From: Narcine bancroftii
Lineage: Eukaryota
NCBI RefSeq assembly: GCF_036971445.1
Contig: NC_091469.1
Coordinates: 88,784,001 to 88,848,000, forward strand
Direction: 5' to 3'
Length of the DNA: 64,000 nt
Below the pieces are notes generated by a model. That model saw only the letters and a program-made list of their open reading frames with translations. It did not search any database and was not told where the DNA came from. Of this stretch, positions 25,352 through 38,670 are shown piece after piece. Numbering within the stretch: the first letter of the stretch is position 1; each line of letters opens with the position of its first letter. The translations under genes were made by a program, and so were the position numbers.

Positions 25352-25550
25352 ATAACTCAGTGGTTAGACCATTGGTCTTGTAAACCAGGGGTCATGAGTT
25401 CGTTCCTCGCTGGGGCCTCATTTCTGTGAGGGGTGCTGGACAAAGTGGTGACTCTCTGTCATCCTTATGGTAGACATAGCTAAAGAATTTCATGTATGTT
25501 ACATTCTAAATGTAATATTATTGACAATAATGGAAGCTTTACCTTTACCT
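25352..25550 (+). mobile_element. SINE with tRNA-Thr(TGT)-derived head
   Basis: 25352-25418 ATAACTCAGTGGTTAGACCATTGGTCTTGTAAACCAGGGGTCATGAGTTCGTTCCTCGCTGGGGCCT resembles vertebrate tRNA-Thr(TGT) lacking the 5' acceptor strand. It is followed by a ~130-bp body and a (CCTTTA)n tail, also present at 30408-30573. Confidence 0.85.
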
Positions 25551-26277
25551 GTAAGTAGAAATTCTGCCTAGCCCACAGGAAGAAGAATCACAGGGTTGTA
25601 TGTGATGTCATGTGTGTATTCTGACAACAAATCTGAACTTTGAACATCAATCACATGTTCACATGAATCCTAATTTTATTTTACCTACATTTCTATCAAC
25701 TGTTTCCAGATTCAACCACTCACTGACAAATTAACTACCACCCTGTGTTTCAGGCAGAAAATAGAGCACTCAAAGGAAACCCATGCAGTCACATAGAATG
25801 TGCCAAGGTCAGGATCAAACCCAGGTTGCTGGAGCTTTGAAACAGCAGCTCGAGAAACTTTGCCAAAGTTCTACCCATTTTAGATATTCCAACTTGAATT
25901 TATCTCAAGATGAAGTGATGCCTGCTCATTTGAATGCAATAACTGTACATTTCCTAAAACAGAGGTCAAAGAGAGGTATTGAAGGAGCATAAACCATCAT
26001 AACTTTAATATTTCCAATGTTCCATTTGGGAACATGATGGCTCGTCCAGTGCTAGATTTTGGACAACCAAGCGAAGAGCACAGAGAAAGTGGAGAGATCA
26101 AAGGAGATGTTAATACGGTATTTTGACCTTGGTGCTAATTGAAGCATGGATATAAAGGAAGAGAAAGAAGCAAGAATAAATTATTCATTGAAATATATTG
26201 GAATGTAAAGCTGTTGTGGGAGATTCTCAGGCATCAACTGGAGACCTGGTGCAAGACTTCTTCAACTGTAAATGGAG

Positions 26278-26525
26278 TAAATTTAAATTTTGAAATGCAG
26301 CATGGTAACAGGCTATTCCAACGATGAGTCCATGCCACTGAATACCCCAATCAACCTCCAACCCCTATATGTTCTGAAGGGTGGGAGGAAACCGGAGCAA
26401 GTGGAGGAAACCCATGCAGATGTGGGGATAATATACAAACTCCTTACAAACTGCACTGGATTTGAACCTGGGTCACTGGTGCTGTAATAGCATTACACTA
26501 ACCGCTACACTAACCGTGCTGCCCC
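26278..26525 (-). mobile_element. V-SINE, near full length
   Basis: Minus strand begins GGGGCAGCACGGTTAGTGTAGCGGTTAG, with GGTTCAAATCC B-box and V-core. Confidence 0.85.
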
Positions 26526-29139
26526 ACATATTGTGTTGAAGATATTTGTCATTTATCTCCCTCTTCGTGGCTGCAACTTGTAATGAGCAATAGAAAACTA
26601 GAGGCATAGACTATTTTTTTTAAAGCTCTTGATTAGAACCACCTGTGGCAGAAGAGGAAATTTGCTCAGGAAAAAAACCCTAAACATCATGTGGTTTAAA
26701 AAAAGAACAACAAATATGAATTTCTGAGTGAATGACATTATTAAAGGCATAAAAATGAAGACTTTGGCAATGGGACAATCGATTGGAGAGTTCAGTAGAA
26801 TTTTGGACAAGAGAAACAACACTTATTAATGGGAAAGCAATTTCCCAGTTCAATCGAGGTGAGGATCGGGGCAAGTGATGCTTAATGGTTGGCGCAAACA
26901 GCTTCATGATTGAAGATTTGCATCACGGGTGGCAAATGGGTCAGAAACCAGGACATGATGTTGGTTTATTTATAATTATGATGAGCTGAGATACTAGCAA
27001 TGATGAACAGCCCATCACAGACATCATGAAGTAGCCACAAAGTGCATTTAAGAGACTTGGAGGTAGGCATGTGAAAGTACAGAGAATAGAGGGGCGTGTA
27101 CCTTGTGCAAGCAGTCATGATTTAGTGTCATTTGACATCCTGTTTTGTGTGGACATCACGGGATTAAGGGGGTGTTCGTGTGCTATACTGTTCTATGGCT
27201 AATTCCACAATTTTTCCTATTACCCCACCAGAGAAGAACACAAAAATTGTAGAACAATCCCCATGTGTGAAAACAACTTAAAAATCAGTGGAGAATGGCG
27301 AGTGCTGGGTCTCACTTGGCACGTGTTATTTGAGGGCATTCCTCATGAGATGACCAGTTTTGGAAAACATTGGAAAATCACAAACAGCTCCCAACAAGTT
27401 CAGAACCAAAAGAGATGCACAGGAATTGTGAATACTTTTAAAAAAATCAGCTTACACTTTTTGATTTTCTGAATTATGCTGCATTGGGGTAAATTCATAT
27501 GACTGTTTATGGTGTATCTGACATACCTGTGTGGCTAAAGTAAGTAAGAAGCTTGATACATCTGTATATTTTACTTGTGTATATGACAATGAACTCTAAT
27601 ATCATATCAATTCCAAAATTGCAGGTTTATGTGTCAGCATGTGTGTGGATCTGTCAATTTTTATTGCAGAATCCAACCCATTATTTCTTATTAAAATGAA
27701 ACATAGTTTGTGAATTTATTTCCCTTTATCTTCAGAGATTTCACATGATCTGCAGAAAAGTTGCATGTTACTTTATCAGATAACATTTGAAATTACTCCA
27801 TTTCCATCAATTTACCACCAGCCAAGAGTACATGTTTCACTCTCAAAGAATCTAATATCACTCAGTGGGGAATCCAAAACCTTTCATGAAACACCATTAC
27901 TTTGAGAATTATTGCTTTTATAAGTATTAAATGAACCCAAATTGTTTTCTTAGTAATGAACTCCAATAACTGTTCTTCCAGTTACCTCATTAGTAAGATA
28001 TTAATTCTGAAATTACACAGATTTTTTTTAAAATCCCAAAATATTTCATTCATGCTTTGGGACAACTAATGAGTGCTGTCATTTGCTCCTGAACTGAGCC
28101 AGGGAAGTACCCCAAATTAATTTTTTTTAAATCATGAAATTTGCATTTCAAAGCAAATCACTTGCTTCTTTACCTGTCAATTTTTAAGTTAAAATATTGC
28201 CAGCGCTATTCCCAGTTGTACAGAGCTTGCAACTGCTGTTGGGAAGTGAGCCAGTGCTTCAAGTATCCTTTCTTGAGTATTCACGATACACGATCATCAG
28301 ATGGTCACGGAGGCAAAAAAAAGCTCCAAATCACACATTAAACCATCAGGAAGATGAGATCAAAGAGTAAAGCATCAACATTTTGTCACGGGCACTCAAG
28401 TTCACATGTGGTCGGGATGTGAAAAAAAACATAGGCTGCAAGCTGTGCTTCATTGCTCTTATTTTTACCATCAAGGCTGAAATAAGCATCAAGCACAATA
28501 GATGAGATCATCAAACGTGCATGATGCTGAGAAATGACTCTGCACTTGGGGAAAGTGTACTGTGAAGCATCCAGACCAGTGTGTGGAACTTCCAAAGGAA
28601 ATGGGCATAATTGTGCTAAAGCATCCCCTAAAAGGTTTCTAAGCACAATTTACAGATGAAAATGGACCCATTGCTTTGCACAGTTATTCTGCAACCTCCC
28701 CATTTACCGTATTTGAACAGAGGTGTTGCATTAACAGCTCCCTCAAACCATTCCCAGCATCTCTTTCATTGTCCATTGTGATATTCTACCCATGAGTTAC
28801 TGAATTGACTATTCGGTTTATTCAACATACTGGCTTTTATTTATATACCCCCAATCCAGTAGAGCAACTCTGGAATTAACTTAAGACAGGAGAAATATTG
28901 CCAAAAATTATTTTAATTACCCAATCCCCTCTGTCTTGCTTCCAGCAGTTCTGTGGGTTCTACCACTGATATACAGGTAAGTCTTGCAGTAGCAATGGAT
29001 TTGAAAACATCTCATTTAAGGATCTGATTCTTGAAGTGGAGGATGGCAAAACTGACAGAAAAGCACAGCTTTGTGAACTTGTCTGCCCAGCAGTGAAACA
29101 CAGACAGGTATAAATGTATTTAACTGTGCATCTCATCCT

Positions 29140-29980
29140 TAGCAGTACTGCTGGAACTGCTGCACTTCCACTGGTGTGGACCTAGGGAGAGGGGGAGCGG
29201 AGAGACTGCTCCTCCATAGGGTTCTATCACCCAGTCCAACTACTGATAGGTCCATACAGCCGATAAACTGTCTGCTAAAGGAGGAGAAGGTGTTTTATTT
29301 TAAAATCCCGTGACCATGGGGTCTGGCCAAATATGGCAGAGCCTGTGCTAGCAGTAGCCTCGAGGGGTTGCAGACTCTGGAGAAGCAGATGACTGGTGCA
29401 GGGCACCAGAAAATGGGGAGAACATTCCCCAATTAAGAAGAAAAAACAGAGGAGATGACCTACAGGATAGTGTCCAAGGTGGTGGACCAGTGAGGAGCTC
29501 TGAGATTGAAGAACACTGAGGCGGTGAGCTGTTGGCAACTCAAGATGAGGAACCCATGCAGGCAATGGATTGTTGATGATTTGCAGTTAAAAGACTCACA
29601 CCAGGTTTTTGATTGCTGGAGACTGGCTCGAGACTCTCCGAAGGGTTACCAGGCATTGGAATTAGGATGCAGGAAGGTGCTGAGGGCTGATGGTCGGGTC
29701 CAGAAGGCTTGCTGACTGTGTCGGAGGTTTGGATCTGGAGCTAGGATAGCCAATGGTTTGGACTGGAGTCTGTGTGGCTGTGGAGGCTATGGGGGTGCTG
29801 GAGGCGAATCCATGACACTCGGTGGCAGTGAAGAGACTCTTTTGCTTCTCTTTCTCTGTAAGGGGCACTGAGCAATTTCTGCTGATGACAAACCTTTGAC
29901 TGCTTTACAGCTGACTAAATGCGATTTTGTGTCATCTGTTTTAGTACATGAGAATAAAAGAACCTTGTAATCTTGAATCT
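29140..29980 (+). mobile_element. Non-coding ~0.8 kb element, most complete copy
   Basis: Collinear with 531-1215; ends CATGAGAATAAAAGAACCTTG...AATCTTGAATCTT. Confidence 0.7.
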
Positions 29981-30407
29981 TAATTTCAATAGTGGGGAAA
30001 TTAGTTTAAAACATATCTAAATTTTAAAATCCCATCTGAAATGTAATTTTCATCTAATGAATACTTTATCAATTTTCTTTTGTTTTCATTTAATCTCTCA
30101 TTTTGTTCCCTTAAGCTTTTAAAAATGATTTTGGTTTTTATTCTTCACTTTTGTTCAGATTTCCCATTTTTAGCCATGTACTTCCAGATTGAATACATTT
30201 GGTCCGTCACTTAATTCACTCTCAATGTATTTAAATTATTGTTCTTGCATGTATGTGTGAAATTCTTCTGTTGAATCTTCCTACTGTCATTTGATGACCA
30301 TTTGTTCAACTTCTTTCAATATATTTCATGGTGATTTTAAATCAAGCTGTTATATATAAGGTGATCAAGGAACTGAGACCACCCACAAATTGGAAGAACA
30401 ACATCTC

Positions 30408-30573
30408 AACCAGGGGTTTTGAGTTTTTTCCTCACTGGGGCCTCATTTCTGTGAGGGGCATTGGGCAAAGTGACGATTCTCTGTCTTCCTTGTGGTGGTC
30501 AAAGATAAAGAATTTCAGGTATGTTACATTCTAAATGTAGTATTACATGACAATAATGCAACCTTTACCCTTT
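30408..30573 (+). mobile_element. tRNA-Thr SINE, 5'-truncated second copy
   Basis: Aligns with 25383-25550, including the body and tail. Confidence 0.8.
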
Positions 30574-30574
30574 C

Positions 30575-30822
30575 CATCTTCCATTGGGCACCCTCCAACC
30601 GGATGGCATTAACATCAACTTCTCCAATTTCTGTGAGTGCCTCTCCCCGCCATTTTCTTCCCCTGTCTCCTTTCCTCTGCCCCCATCTCTCTTCCATTTT
30701 CCCTCTGTCTCCTTTCACAAAGCTTTTCCTCCTATGGATGCTGCAAGACCAGTTGAGTTCCTCCAGCATTCTCTGTGTCATGTTTCTATAATTACAGCGT
30801 CTGCAAACTTTCGTGTTTCACC
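30575..30822 (+). mobile_element. Penelope-like 3' fragment
   Basis: Encodes IFHLGTLQPDGININFSNF-type GIY-YIG end, followed by a pyrimidine-rich tail. Confidence 0.7.
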
Positions 30823-31349
30823 TCAAGAGACTTTGCATTCAAACAAGACATGCTCGAAGCTGCAAAAGAGCTTCCTCCTGATCTCACAGCCCAACCTCCA
30901 GCACAGAACCTGGCTGAAGATCAGTGTGGCAGTGAGTGTACCACTCTTGGAGGAGCCATCTGATGAATCAGATTCTAAAGTTGGGATCAGAATGGAATCA
31001 CAGATCGAAGAGGTGCTGCCACTCAGAGTCAGAGACCAGGGTTCATCCCAATCTATGGTGCTGTGTGTGAGGAGGACCAGTTTTCTCCTATGTGCTTAAA
31101 AAACAAACATGTCTCCTAGGTGAATCTGTCACTGTAAATGGCCTCTAGAGCGTAGCTAAATGGTAAAACCTGGTGGGAATTGATGAGAATGTGCAGAGAA
31201 TTAAAAATGGGATCAATATAGCCTGAGTGGAGATGGGTGGTTGATGGTACGTGCATACTTGGTTGGCTGACAGGCCTATTTTCATGTCTTATCTCTCTAA
31301 TTGACCACAAAGTAGCTGACAAAATCAATCACTTTCCTGAGCAGAGAAT

Positions 31350-32070
31350 AGCTGGAAGAGTTCAGCAGCAGCTATGGGTAAAAAGAGCAAAAGTTTCAGA
31401 TCTGAACCATTTATCGAGTCAAAAGTAACATCGGAAACACATAAAGGAGGAACAAACCTGGGGGAGGGGCCCAGAAGTGATAGTGTGGTAGGAGGAGAGA
31501 CAAGTGGAGGAAAGTGGGAAAGGAGGGAAGGAAAGAACAGTTAGAGAGAGAAAAAGATAGATACAGGTGGAGGTAAAGAAGAGATGAAAACAGTGGAATC
31601 AAATGAGTGGCAAGGGTTAACTAAAACTAGAACACAACGTTCATGCTGTTAGGCTTAAGGCTGTCCAGGGGGAATGTGATGTGTTATTCCTCGTGGACAA
31701 TTTTTGGGATGATTTTAGCTAAACCCCACACTCCTCTGATTCCATTTTTTAATCTCTTCTTGACCAACTCCTGCATTTATTTTTTCTCTCTCCCTAACTT
31801 TTTTTCTCTCCCTCTCCCCTTCCTAATGGTTCTCCCTCTACTTGGTTTTTTTTCCCTCTTTCTCTCTACCTCTCACACCTTATGTCCTATATCATCCTTG
31901 CGCCCCTCCACCAGCCTTTCCCATTATTATGTTATTAATTAATCTTCAGTTCCATGTAGAATTCAGACCCAAAATGTTACCTAACCATTTCTACCCCTGG
32001 ATGCTGTCTGACCTGCTGAGTTCTTCCAGCAATTCTTGGACGGCTCCAGATTCCAGCAACTGCAACGTTT
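31350..32070. mobile_element. Penelope-like inverted terminal pair
   Basis: Minus-strand tail and GIY-YIG end at 31350-31695, followed by a plus-strand tail at 31715-32070. Confidence 0.55.
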
Positions 32071-32502
32071 ATGTTACTCAATCACTTTCCTGGCTGACTG
32101 TAACATAGCAATTCAAAATGTTAGCTAGTAATACCAACAGAAAAAAAAACCTCCCCAATAAGAGACTATTTCCTTGCTTTCCTCATTTATCCTGTTCAGA
32201 TTAATAGAGAATATCAACCGTCTAAGGAAAAACAAATAATGTTTTTCTTCTCTCATTATTGCTGAGGACCAGAGTAAACAGGTGATATTCACAGAAAAGT
32301 GTGAGCATGATGTTATTTCTGGAAAAGCATCCCTTGCATGCAAATTGGAATAATTTATTATCAGCAGAAATTTCATTTATCAGAATGTTCCATGTCAGAC
32401 TTTGCACAGGTAACGGGTAAAGATGATGCATGGTAAATAGGTAACATCACTTTAATAAACATTGGCTACCTCAGAAATGAACATTTCTGAAGTGATGGAT
32501 AT

Positions 32503-33390
32503 AAAAACATAAGAAATAGGAGCAGGAGTTGGCCCATCATGCCTGCTCCGTCATTCAGTGGGTGATCTTATGATGGGGTCATCTGCACCTACTTGCCTTT
32601 TCCCCATATCCCTTAATTCTCTTCTATGTAAAAATCTATCCAAACTTGTCTTAAATATATTTAATGAAGGACCCTCCTCTGCTTGAATGAGCAGCAAATT
32701 CCATAGATTCACCACCCTCTGGATAAAGCATCTCTGTCAGAAACCACTTCCTCAAGTCCTGAGGGTGTGTCCCTAGTTCTAGTCTCCCCTACCACTTACC
32801 TATCTCTATGTTAGCTATTTCTTTCATAATTGTATACATTTCTATAAAATTCCCTCTCATTCTTCTAAATTCTAGCAAGAACAGTTCCAGATGCCTCAAT
32901 CTCTCCTCACAGACTAACCCCTCACCTCTGGAATCAGCCTGATGAACTGCTTTTGCACCACCTCCAATGCCAGTACATCCGTCCTCAAGTAAGGAGACCA
33001 GAAATCCATGTGTTACTTCAAATGAGCCCTCACCAGTACTTTGTACAGTTGCAGCATAATCTCCCTGCTCCTAAACTCAATCACTCTGGCAATAAAGGCC
33101 AATATTCATTCATCGTCTTGATAGTCTGCTGCACCTACAAACCAGCCTTTTGCAATTCATGCACAAGCACTCCCAAGTTCTTCTGCATGGCAGAGTACTG
33201 CAATTGCTTGCCCTTTAAATAATAATCAGATCTTCCATTTTTCCTTTGTAAGTGGATAACCTCACATTTATCAAAATTGTACACCATTGGCCAGACCCTT
33301 GCGCAGCTACTTAACCAATCTATACTTCTCTGCAGACTCTCCATATCTCCTGCACAATATGCTTTTCCACTTTATTTAGTTTCTGTTTCA
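32503..33390 (-). mobile_element. CR1 LINE 3' part, degenerate
   Basis: ORF 33135-33344 SLQRSIDWLSSCARVWPMVYNFDKCEVIH...QKNLGVLVH; CR1 3' tail at ~32505. Confidence 0.85.
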
Positions 33391-33943
33391 TCAACACTGC
33401 ACTCTGTACATTCATCACAATTGTAAAAAGTCTTCATTAAGGGAACTGTCTGAATGACTGATACTCACTGCATTGCATCAAGAACAAAAAAAAAACCAAG
33501 TTCAATTTATATTACATCCTGTCACGTTACTCATTCTTTCGAAGTTTCTCAGATCATGAAGTGCTTTGTAAGTACTGAGGCAATTGGTACATCACCAAAG
33601 AAAAGCTAATTTTATTGAAAACAATATGTCCAATGTCCAATCATGTTACGGTTAAATGAAGAACACAATTTCCTCATTCTTCTATGGATCATCAAACACT
33701 CTAGTAAACTCATCAAGAGTAGATGGAGCTGTTTGCACAAGTTATTGACTGCATACCTGGCACAGGATGTTGAACCACCAACGTTCCGACTCGGAACTTG
33801 GAGCTGATCTCAATGCACACAGTATATGATATGCAGAACTTTACATTTTAACCCCAGCCATATGAAAATGATTCTCTTCTCCAGCTTTGGATAGATCTTA
33901 ACTAAATTAATAATGTATAGCTTTCTGACATCAATTTTTAATA

Positions 33944-34831
33944 AACACTGACACCCTCTTAAATCCTGGATACGATACCTGCTGCTCTAAAGCCAGCCAT
34001 CGACAGTCTACAGCCTGGTGTGAGGCCTTTGGCCAACAAGCACCAAGATGGAGCCTAGTCCGCTGCTATGGTTTCTTCAAAGGCCCACTCCGAGGCTTCT
34101 CCTTCTCGGCAGGGGAATGTTCTCTCACTCTCGTGACCAGCACTCATCCCCTGCTTTGTCAGAGGCCACAACCTTTAAAATCTGGTCAACTTACATAAAA
34201 AATTATTTCTCAATGAAATCTCTTGGGCATTGCCTGATAAGTGGCAAGAAAAATCTCCAAATGAAGAGAATCCATCTATTTACACTTGACATTCAGTGGC
34301 ATTATCATTACCAATACCCCAACATCAATGCCCTGGGGTCACCATAGAAGAGAAACTCATTGGGTCTTGCCATGTAAATCCCATGGCGGCAAGAGCTGGA
34401 CAGTAATCTCAATGGCTCCTTTGTTGTAGCTGCTGTCACAGCAGCACTGCTGCTGGTGTAGACCCAGAAGCAGCTGTGTTCCCGCTGCCCGTCACCCTGC
34501 CAGATACCGTTTGCAGTTTTAAATTGCCCATAGAACGGGGCCTTTTGCATTGATGACCTTGGATGTCTGCCACCTACATTCTAAGTTGACCAGATTTTAA
34601 AGGTTGTGGCCTCTGACAAAGCAGGGGATGAGTGCTGGTCACGAGAGTGAGAGAACATTCCCCTGCCGAGAAGGAGAAGCCTCGGAGTGGGCCTTTGAAG
34701 AAACCATAGCAGCGGACTAGGCTCCATCTTGGTGCTTGTTGGCCAAAGGCCTCACACCAGGCTGTAGACTGTCGCTGGCTGGCTTTAGAGCAGCAGGTAT
34801 CGTATCCAGGATTTAAGAGGGTGTCAGTGTT
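33944..34831. repeat. Inverted repeat with 250-bp arms (33944-34193 and 34582-34831) and a 388-bp spacer
   Basis: Arms are reverse complements with one mismatch found by eye (GCCAT vs GCCAG). Confidence 0.95.
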
Positions 34832-35110
34832 GAGGAAGGCTTCTGAAGGCTAATTTATTTGTAGATTTTGATCCAAGGCCAAAAGGAGTGACTTGGATGC
34901 TTTGAATTCAGGTTCACAACTGGATTGGACACTCCCAGAGGAGGTGTCAGGATCTATGGACACTCAATGTCTCTGAAGGAACCCTCTTCTGCTTCTCTTT
35001 CTCATTTTGATATTGGTGCTGGGCTCATGGTGCTTCATTTTGTGAGCCTTCAAAGGCCAAACAAAGGAAAAAAAATGTTTTTATTTTGTCCATGACAATG
35101 AATGGGATCC
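34405..35110 (+). mobile_element. Non-coding ~0.8 kb element, inserted in an old L2/CR1-like LINE remnant (34210-34404 and 35115-35300)
   Basis: Same family blocks (CTGGTGTAGACC, GAGAACATTCCCC, GCTTCTCTTTCTC, CATGACAAT); the LINE remnant resumes after it. Confidence 0.65.
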
Positions 35111-37011
35111 TGAGGCCAATTATCCTGTGGCATATGACTTACTTCCTGACACCACAAGTCCTTTCCACCATCTTCAAGACTCAAGTAAAGAGTGTGATGG
35201 AATATTCCCCACTTGCCTGAATTATTGGAGCTCCAATTACTCTCCAGATATTTGACATCATCCAGGAACCAGCTCAGTTGTTGAGGACACCTTCGGCCTG
35301 GTTCCATCTGTAACATTTTATTAGGTTCATGGAAATAATTGTAGGATAGTTGACTTTTCTAGTTGAGAGCACAATGATGAAAGATGCAGCTACAGAACTT
35401 AAGGCAGGAAATTACATCTGAAGATGATGGATCAAAGGACATGATAGAGCTAAGAAAGGGACCAGATACTAAGGGGGTTGAAAGTCTGGAGTGAAAGACA
35501 CTGCTAAATTGGGAACCAATATTGGAAATGCAGCTAAAGCAATATCTGAGTTGGATCATGACTAAGGTTTTCAGTGGGGGAAATAGATGGCATCTTGATA
35601 AAAGCAGAAGGGTTTGATTTTAGAAAGTTGCCAAAGTGAAGAATGAACGAGTAACAAGAAAGCTTGTAATGAGGACCAAAGACATTGCCAACAACTTAAC
35701 CAGAGCAAGATTCTGCTCACCTCCTCTTAAATGCTGGTCTCCAGGTGATGAGGTAAGAATTGATGAAGTTAGCATGTATATCCTTGGTATGTTCATGGAA
35801 ACGAACACCTGTTTTAGATAATATTGTCAACGAGCAGAATGTAAATGGATAACAGGAGGAAACAAGGACTTCACTGGTAAAAAAATATGGGAGCAGGAAG
35901 GGAAGCTAGTCATTTGTTGACAATAGCTGCAGATGAAAATAGAATTGTGAGTGTTGAACTCCTGAGTTGGACAACAGAAGAGGAGCTTCAGAGAAGGATG
36001 GTGCTCATTTGCATCAAAGCCAGCAGACCACCCGAGAAAGGCAAAGGACAATCTACCCATGTACCATGTGTAATGTTTCACATTTCTAGTGTTTAGCACA
36101 ACTCTTATAACTTATGACAGGATTAAAAAACCATTCAAACCAAGAGTTTAAATTGCATTTTATGGTGATAGATCGTTTATAATGAATATTTTTTAAAATC
36201 AAATCAGCCCCTTCCATTAAAAAATTGTGCACATGTGCGCAAGAACAAAATTTAACATTTGTTCTTGTTAAAATTTGCAATCTTTTTAATTCAATGAAGT
36301 ACTCAGCATGTTGTTGTTTTATCATTGTCTTTTTTTTGGCGGCAGCAAGTAAAAATTTCAGCATATATGTACATTGTGCAGAGTGTCTGACAATCAATTC
36401 GTCATTGTCATCCAATCCCAATTCACCAACAGAAGTTGCAGTAATGGATTTCAATAAATAACAACATTCCTCCAAATGGTGAAAATATAGATTCACACGT
36501 TCACACTGTTTTAATGTGCAAGATCAATTCAATCACTTGAGCAGGGAAAGGTTGTAGCCAATTGCAGTGGTCAAGCTAGCTCAAATAAATGGCAGAAATG
36601 CATCTGAAAAAAAACAACCTGAATACAGAATAATATAATTTTGGATTAGAGAACAAGAGATAGTAATGTCATCAATTTGGCATCTTAAATCTGATACACT
36701 CCAAAAAAAAATGAAACAAAAATCTGCAAGCAGTTTGAAGTTGAAATGGATTCAAGCATCCACAAATATAATCTCACACAAAGCTGAAAACTTCCATCAG
36801 TTCAATGATTTCCCACCAGCATTAGTGTGGCAAAAGGAAATTTGCAGCTTTTAAAAATATAATTCACTCTGCAATAATTCTTGGACACTCTTAAAACATT
36901 TTCATAGGCGAATGAACAGACATAACACATTAAAACAAAGAAAATGCATTAATTTCTAATAATTCGCAACCTCTTGCAGATTTTTCTACCTTCATTTTTC
37001 CTGGCTCCATC

Positions 37012-37258
37012 TTGATTATACCTTCCCACACTTTTGTCCTTCCCTCTCATGCACACTGTCTCACCCCCCTCTCTCCCTCACCCTCTCTCTCACACACAAT
37101 CGTCTTTCTCACCCCTTCTCTCTCACACCCCCTCTCTCTTTTGCACCCCACACCCTACCTCTATCTCTCCCTCTCACCTCCTCTTTCTCACCCCCCCTCA
37201 CTTCCCACCTCTCTCTCACACATCCCCTCTCTCATACAGCTCTCTCTTTATATCTCTT

Positions 37259-37336
<78 letters not shown>

Positions 37337-37790
37337 ACACACACTCATCTCCCCACTCTGTCTCTCGCACCCTCTCTCTCTGTCACACACACACCCACTC
37401 TGTTGATCACACCCACTCTCTCTCACATCCCCACTCTGTTTCTTTCATCCCCACTGTCTCTCACACCCTCTTTCTCACTTTCTCTCACAATTTCTCACAT
37501 ACTCTCAATACCCCACTCACACCCCCCTCTCACACACCCCCTCTCTCTCACCCTCACTGTCTCACACCCTCACTCTGTCTCTCACACTCCCACACTCTCT
37601 CTCTCACACTCCCACTCTCTCTTAACACTCATACTCTCTCATACACACTTACTCACACACACTGTCTCTCATACATACTCTCGCTCACACTCTTTTCACT
37701 TTCTCATAATCTCTCTCCCACACCCTTTCTCACACACTCTCTGTCTCATTCCCTCTCACATTTTCTCTCCTACACCCTTTCTCACACACT
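37012..37790. repeat. CT/CA-rich low-complexity block with a (CA)n core at 37263-37342
   Basis: Seen directly. Confidence 0.95.
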
Positions 37791-38324
37791 CTGGGAGTCT
37801 GCTCAACCCAGAGTTCCTCCAATTGGTTGCTTAATGCCTCAGATTGAGTACCTGCATTCATACGTCTCTTGCATTAATTCATATTTTTGCCAGTGGAAAA
37901 AAAAGTTTCTATTTATGAGTTATGAACCAGAATCTTCTTCCTTAAAAAATGGTGGAAGCAAATTCAATTGTAATTGATGAAAAAATATTAATGTAAGGAT
38001 GATACTGAAAATTATGACTTGGTAATCTCTCGAATCTTTCAGTTCTGCAACAATAACAATAAACAACATGCCTCCATTAAGTACATCATTTGACAATCAC
38101 TTGTTTTTTTTGTTTGCCATCAATGGAGATTATCCCTACATTTTTTAAAATCTTAAAATAATTAATCCAATCTTGGACTTATAATTTTCAATTTTTTAGA
38201 ATTATAATTAACAAATAATAACATAGCTTAATCTGCATGTATAGAAACAAAATAGCACATTTAAACCAAAACCAGTTTAAATGGTGCAAGAATATGTATC
38301 CCATCAAAGAAAAAGACAAAGACC

Positions 38325-38670
38325 AGCTGCAATTATCAAAGATCCACACCACTGCTACCATCAGGAAAGAGGTACAGTTGCCACAAGACTCGCATCACCA
38401 GGTTCAGGAATGGCTGTTACCCCTCCACCATCAGAGTCTTCAACGACCAACTCAATCAGGGACTCATCCAAGGATACTTACCTTTGCACTTAATTGTTTG
38501 TTTTTTTTTAAATTTTCTCTCTGCATGGCATAATCAGTTTGTTTACATTGCTTTATTTCTTTACATGTTTACGTTGCGAACAGTTTATATTTTTTCACTA
38601 CAGGAAAAAAAGAATCTCAGGGTTGTATGTGATGTTAATATGTACTCTGATAATAAATCTGAAATCTGAA
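38325..38670 (+). mobile_element. Rex1/Babar-type LINE 3' fragment
   Basis: AAIIKDPH...LLPSGKRYSCHKTRITRFRN remnant; tail GATAATAAATCTGAAATCTGAA. Confidence 0.75.

Noticed and set aside
25352-25418. Functional tRNA-Thr gene
   Set aside because: The 5' acceptor strand is missing, stems are mismatched, there is no poly-T terminator, and it continues into a body shared with a second copy, so it is a SINE head.
37012-37977. Long His/Thr/Ser/Leu-rich ORFs (321 and 266 aa), and similar ORFs at 57055-58012
   Set aside because: Translation artefacts of CA/CT repeats and N gaps.
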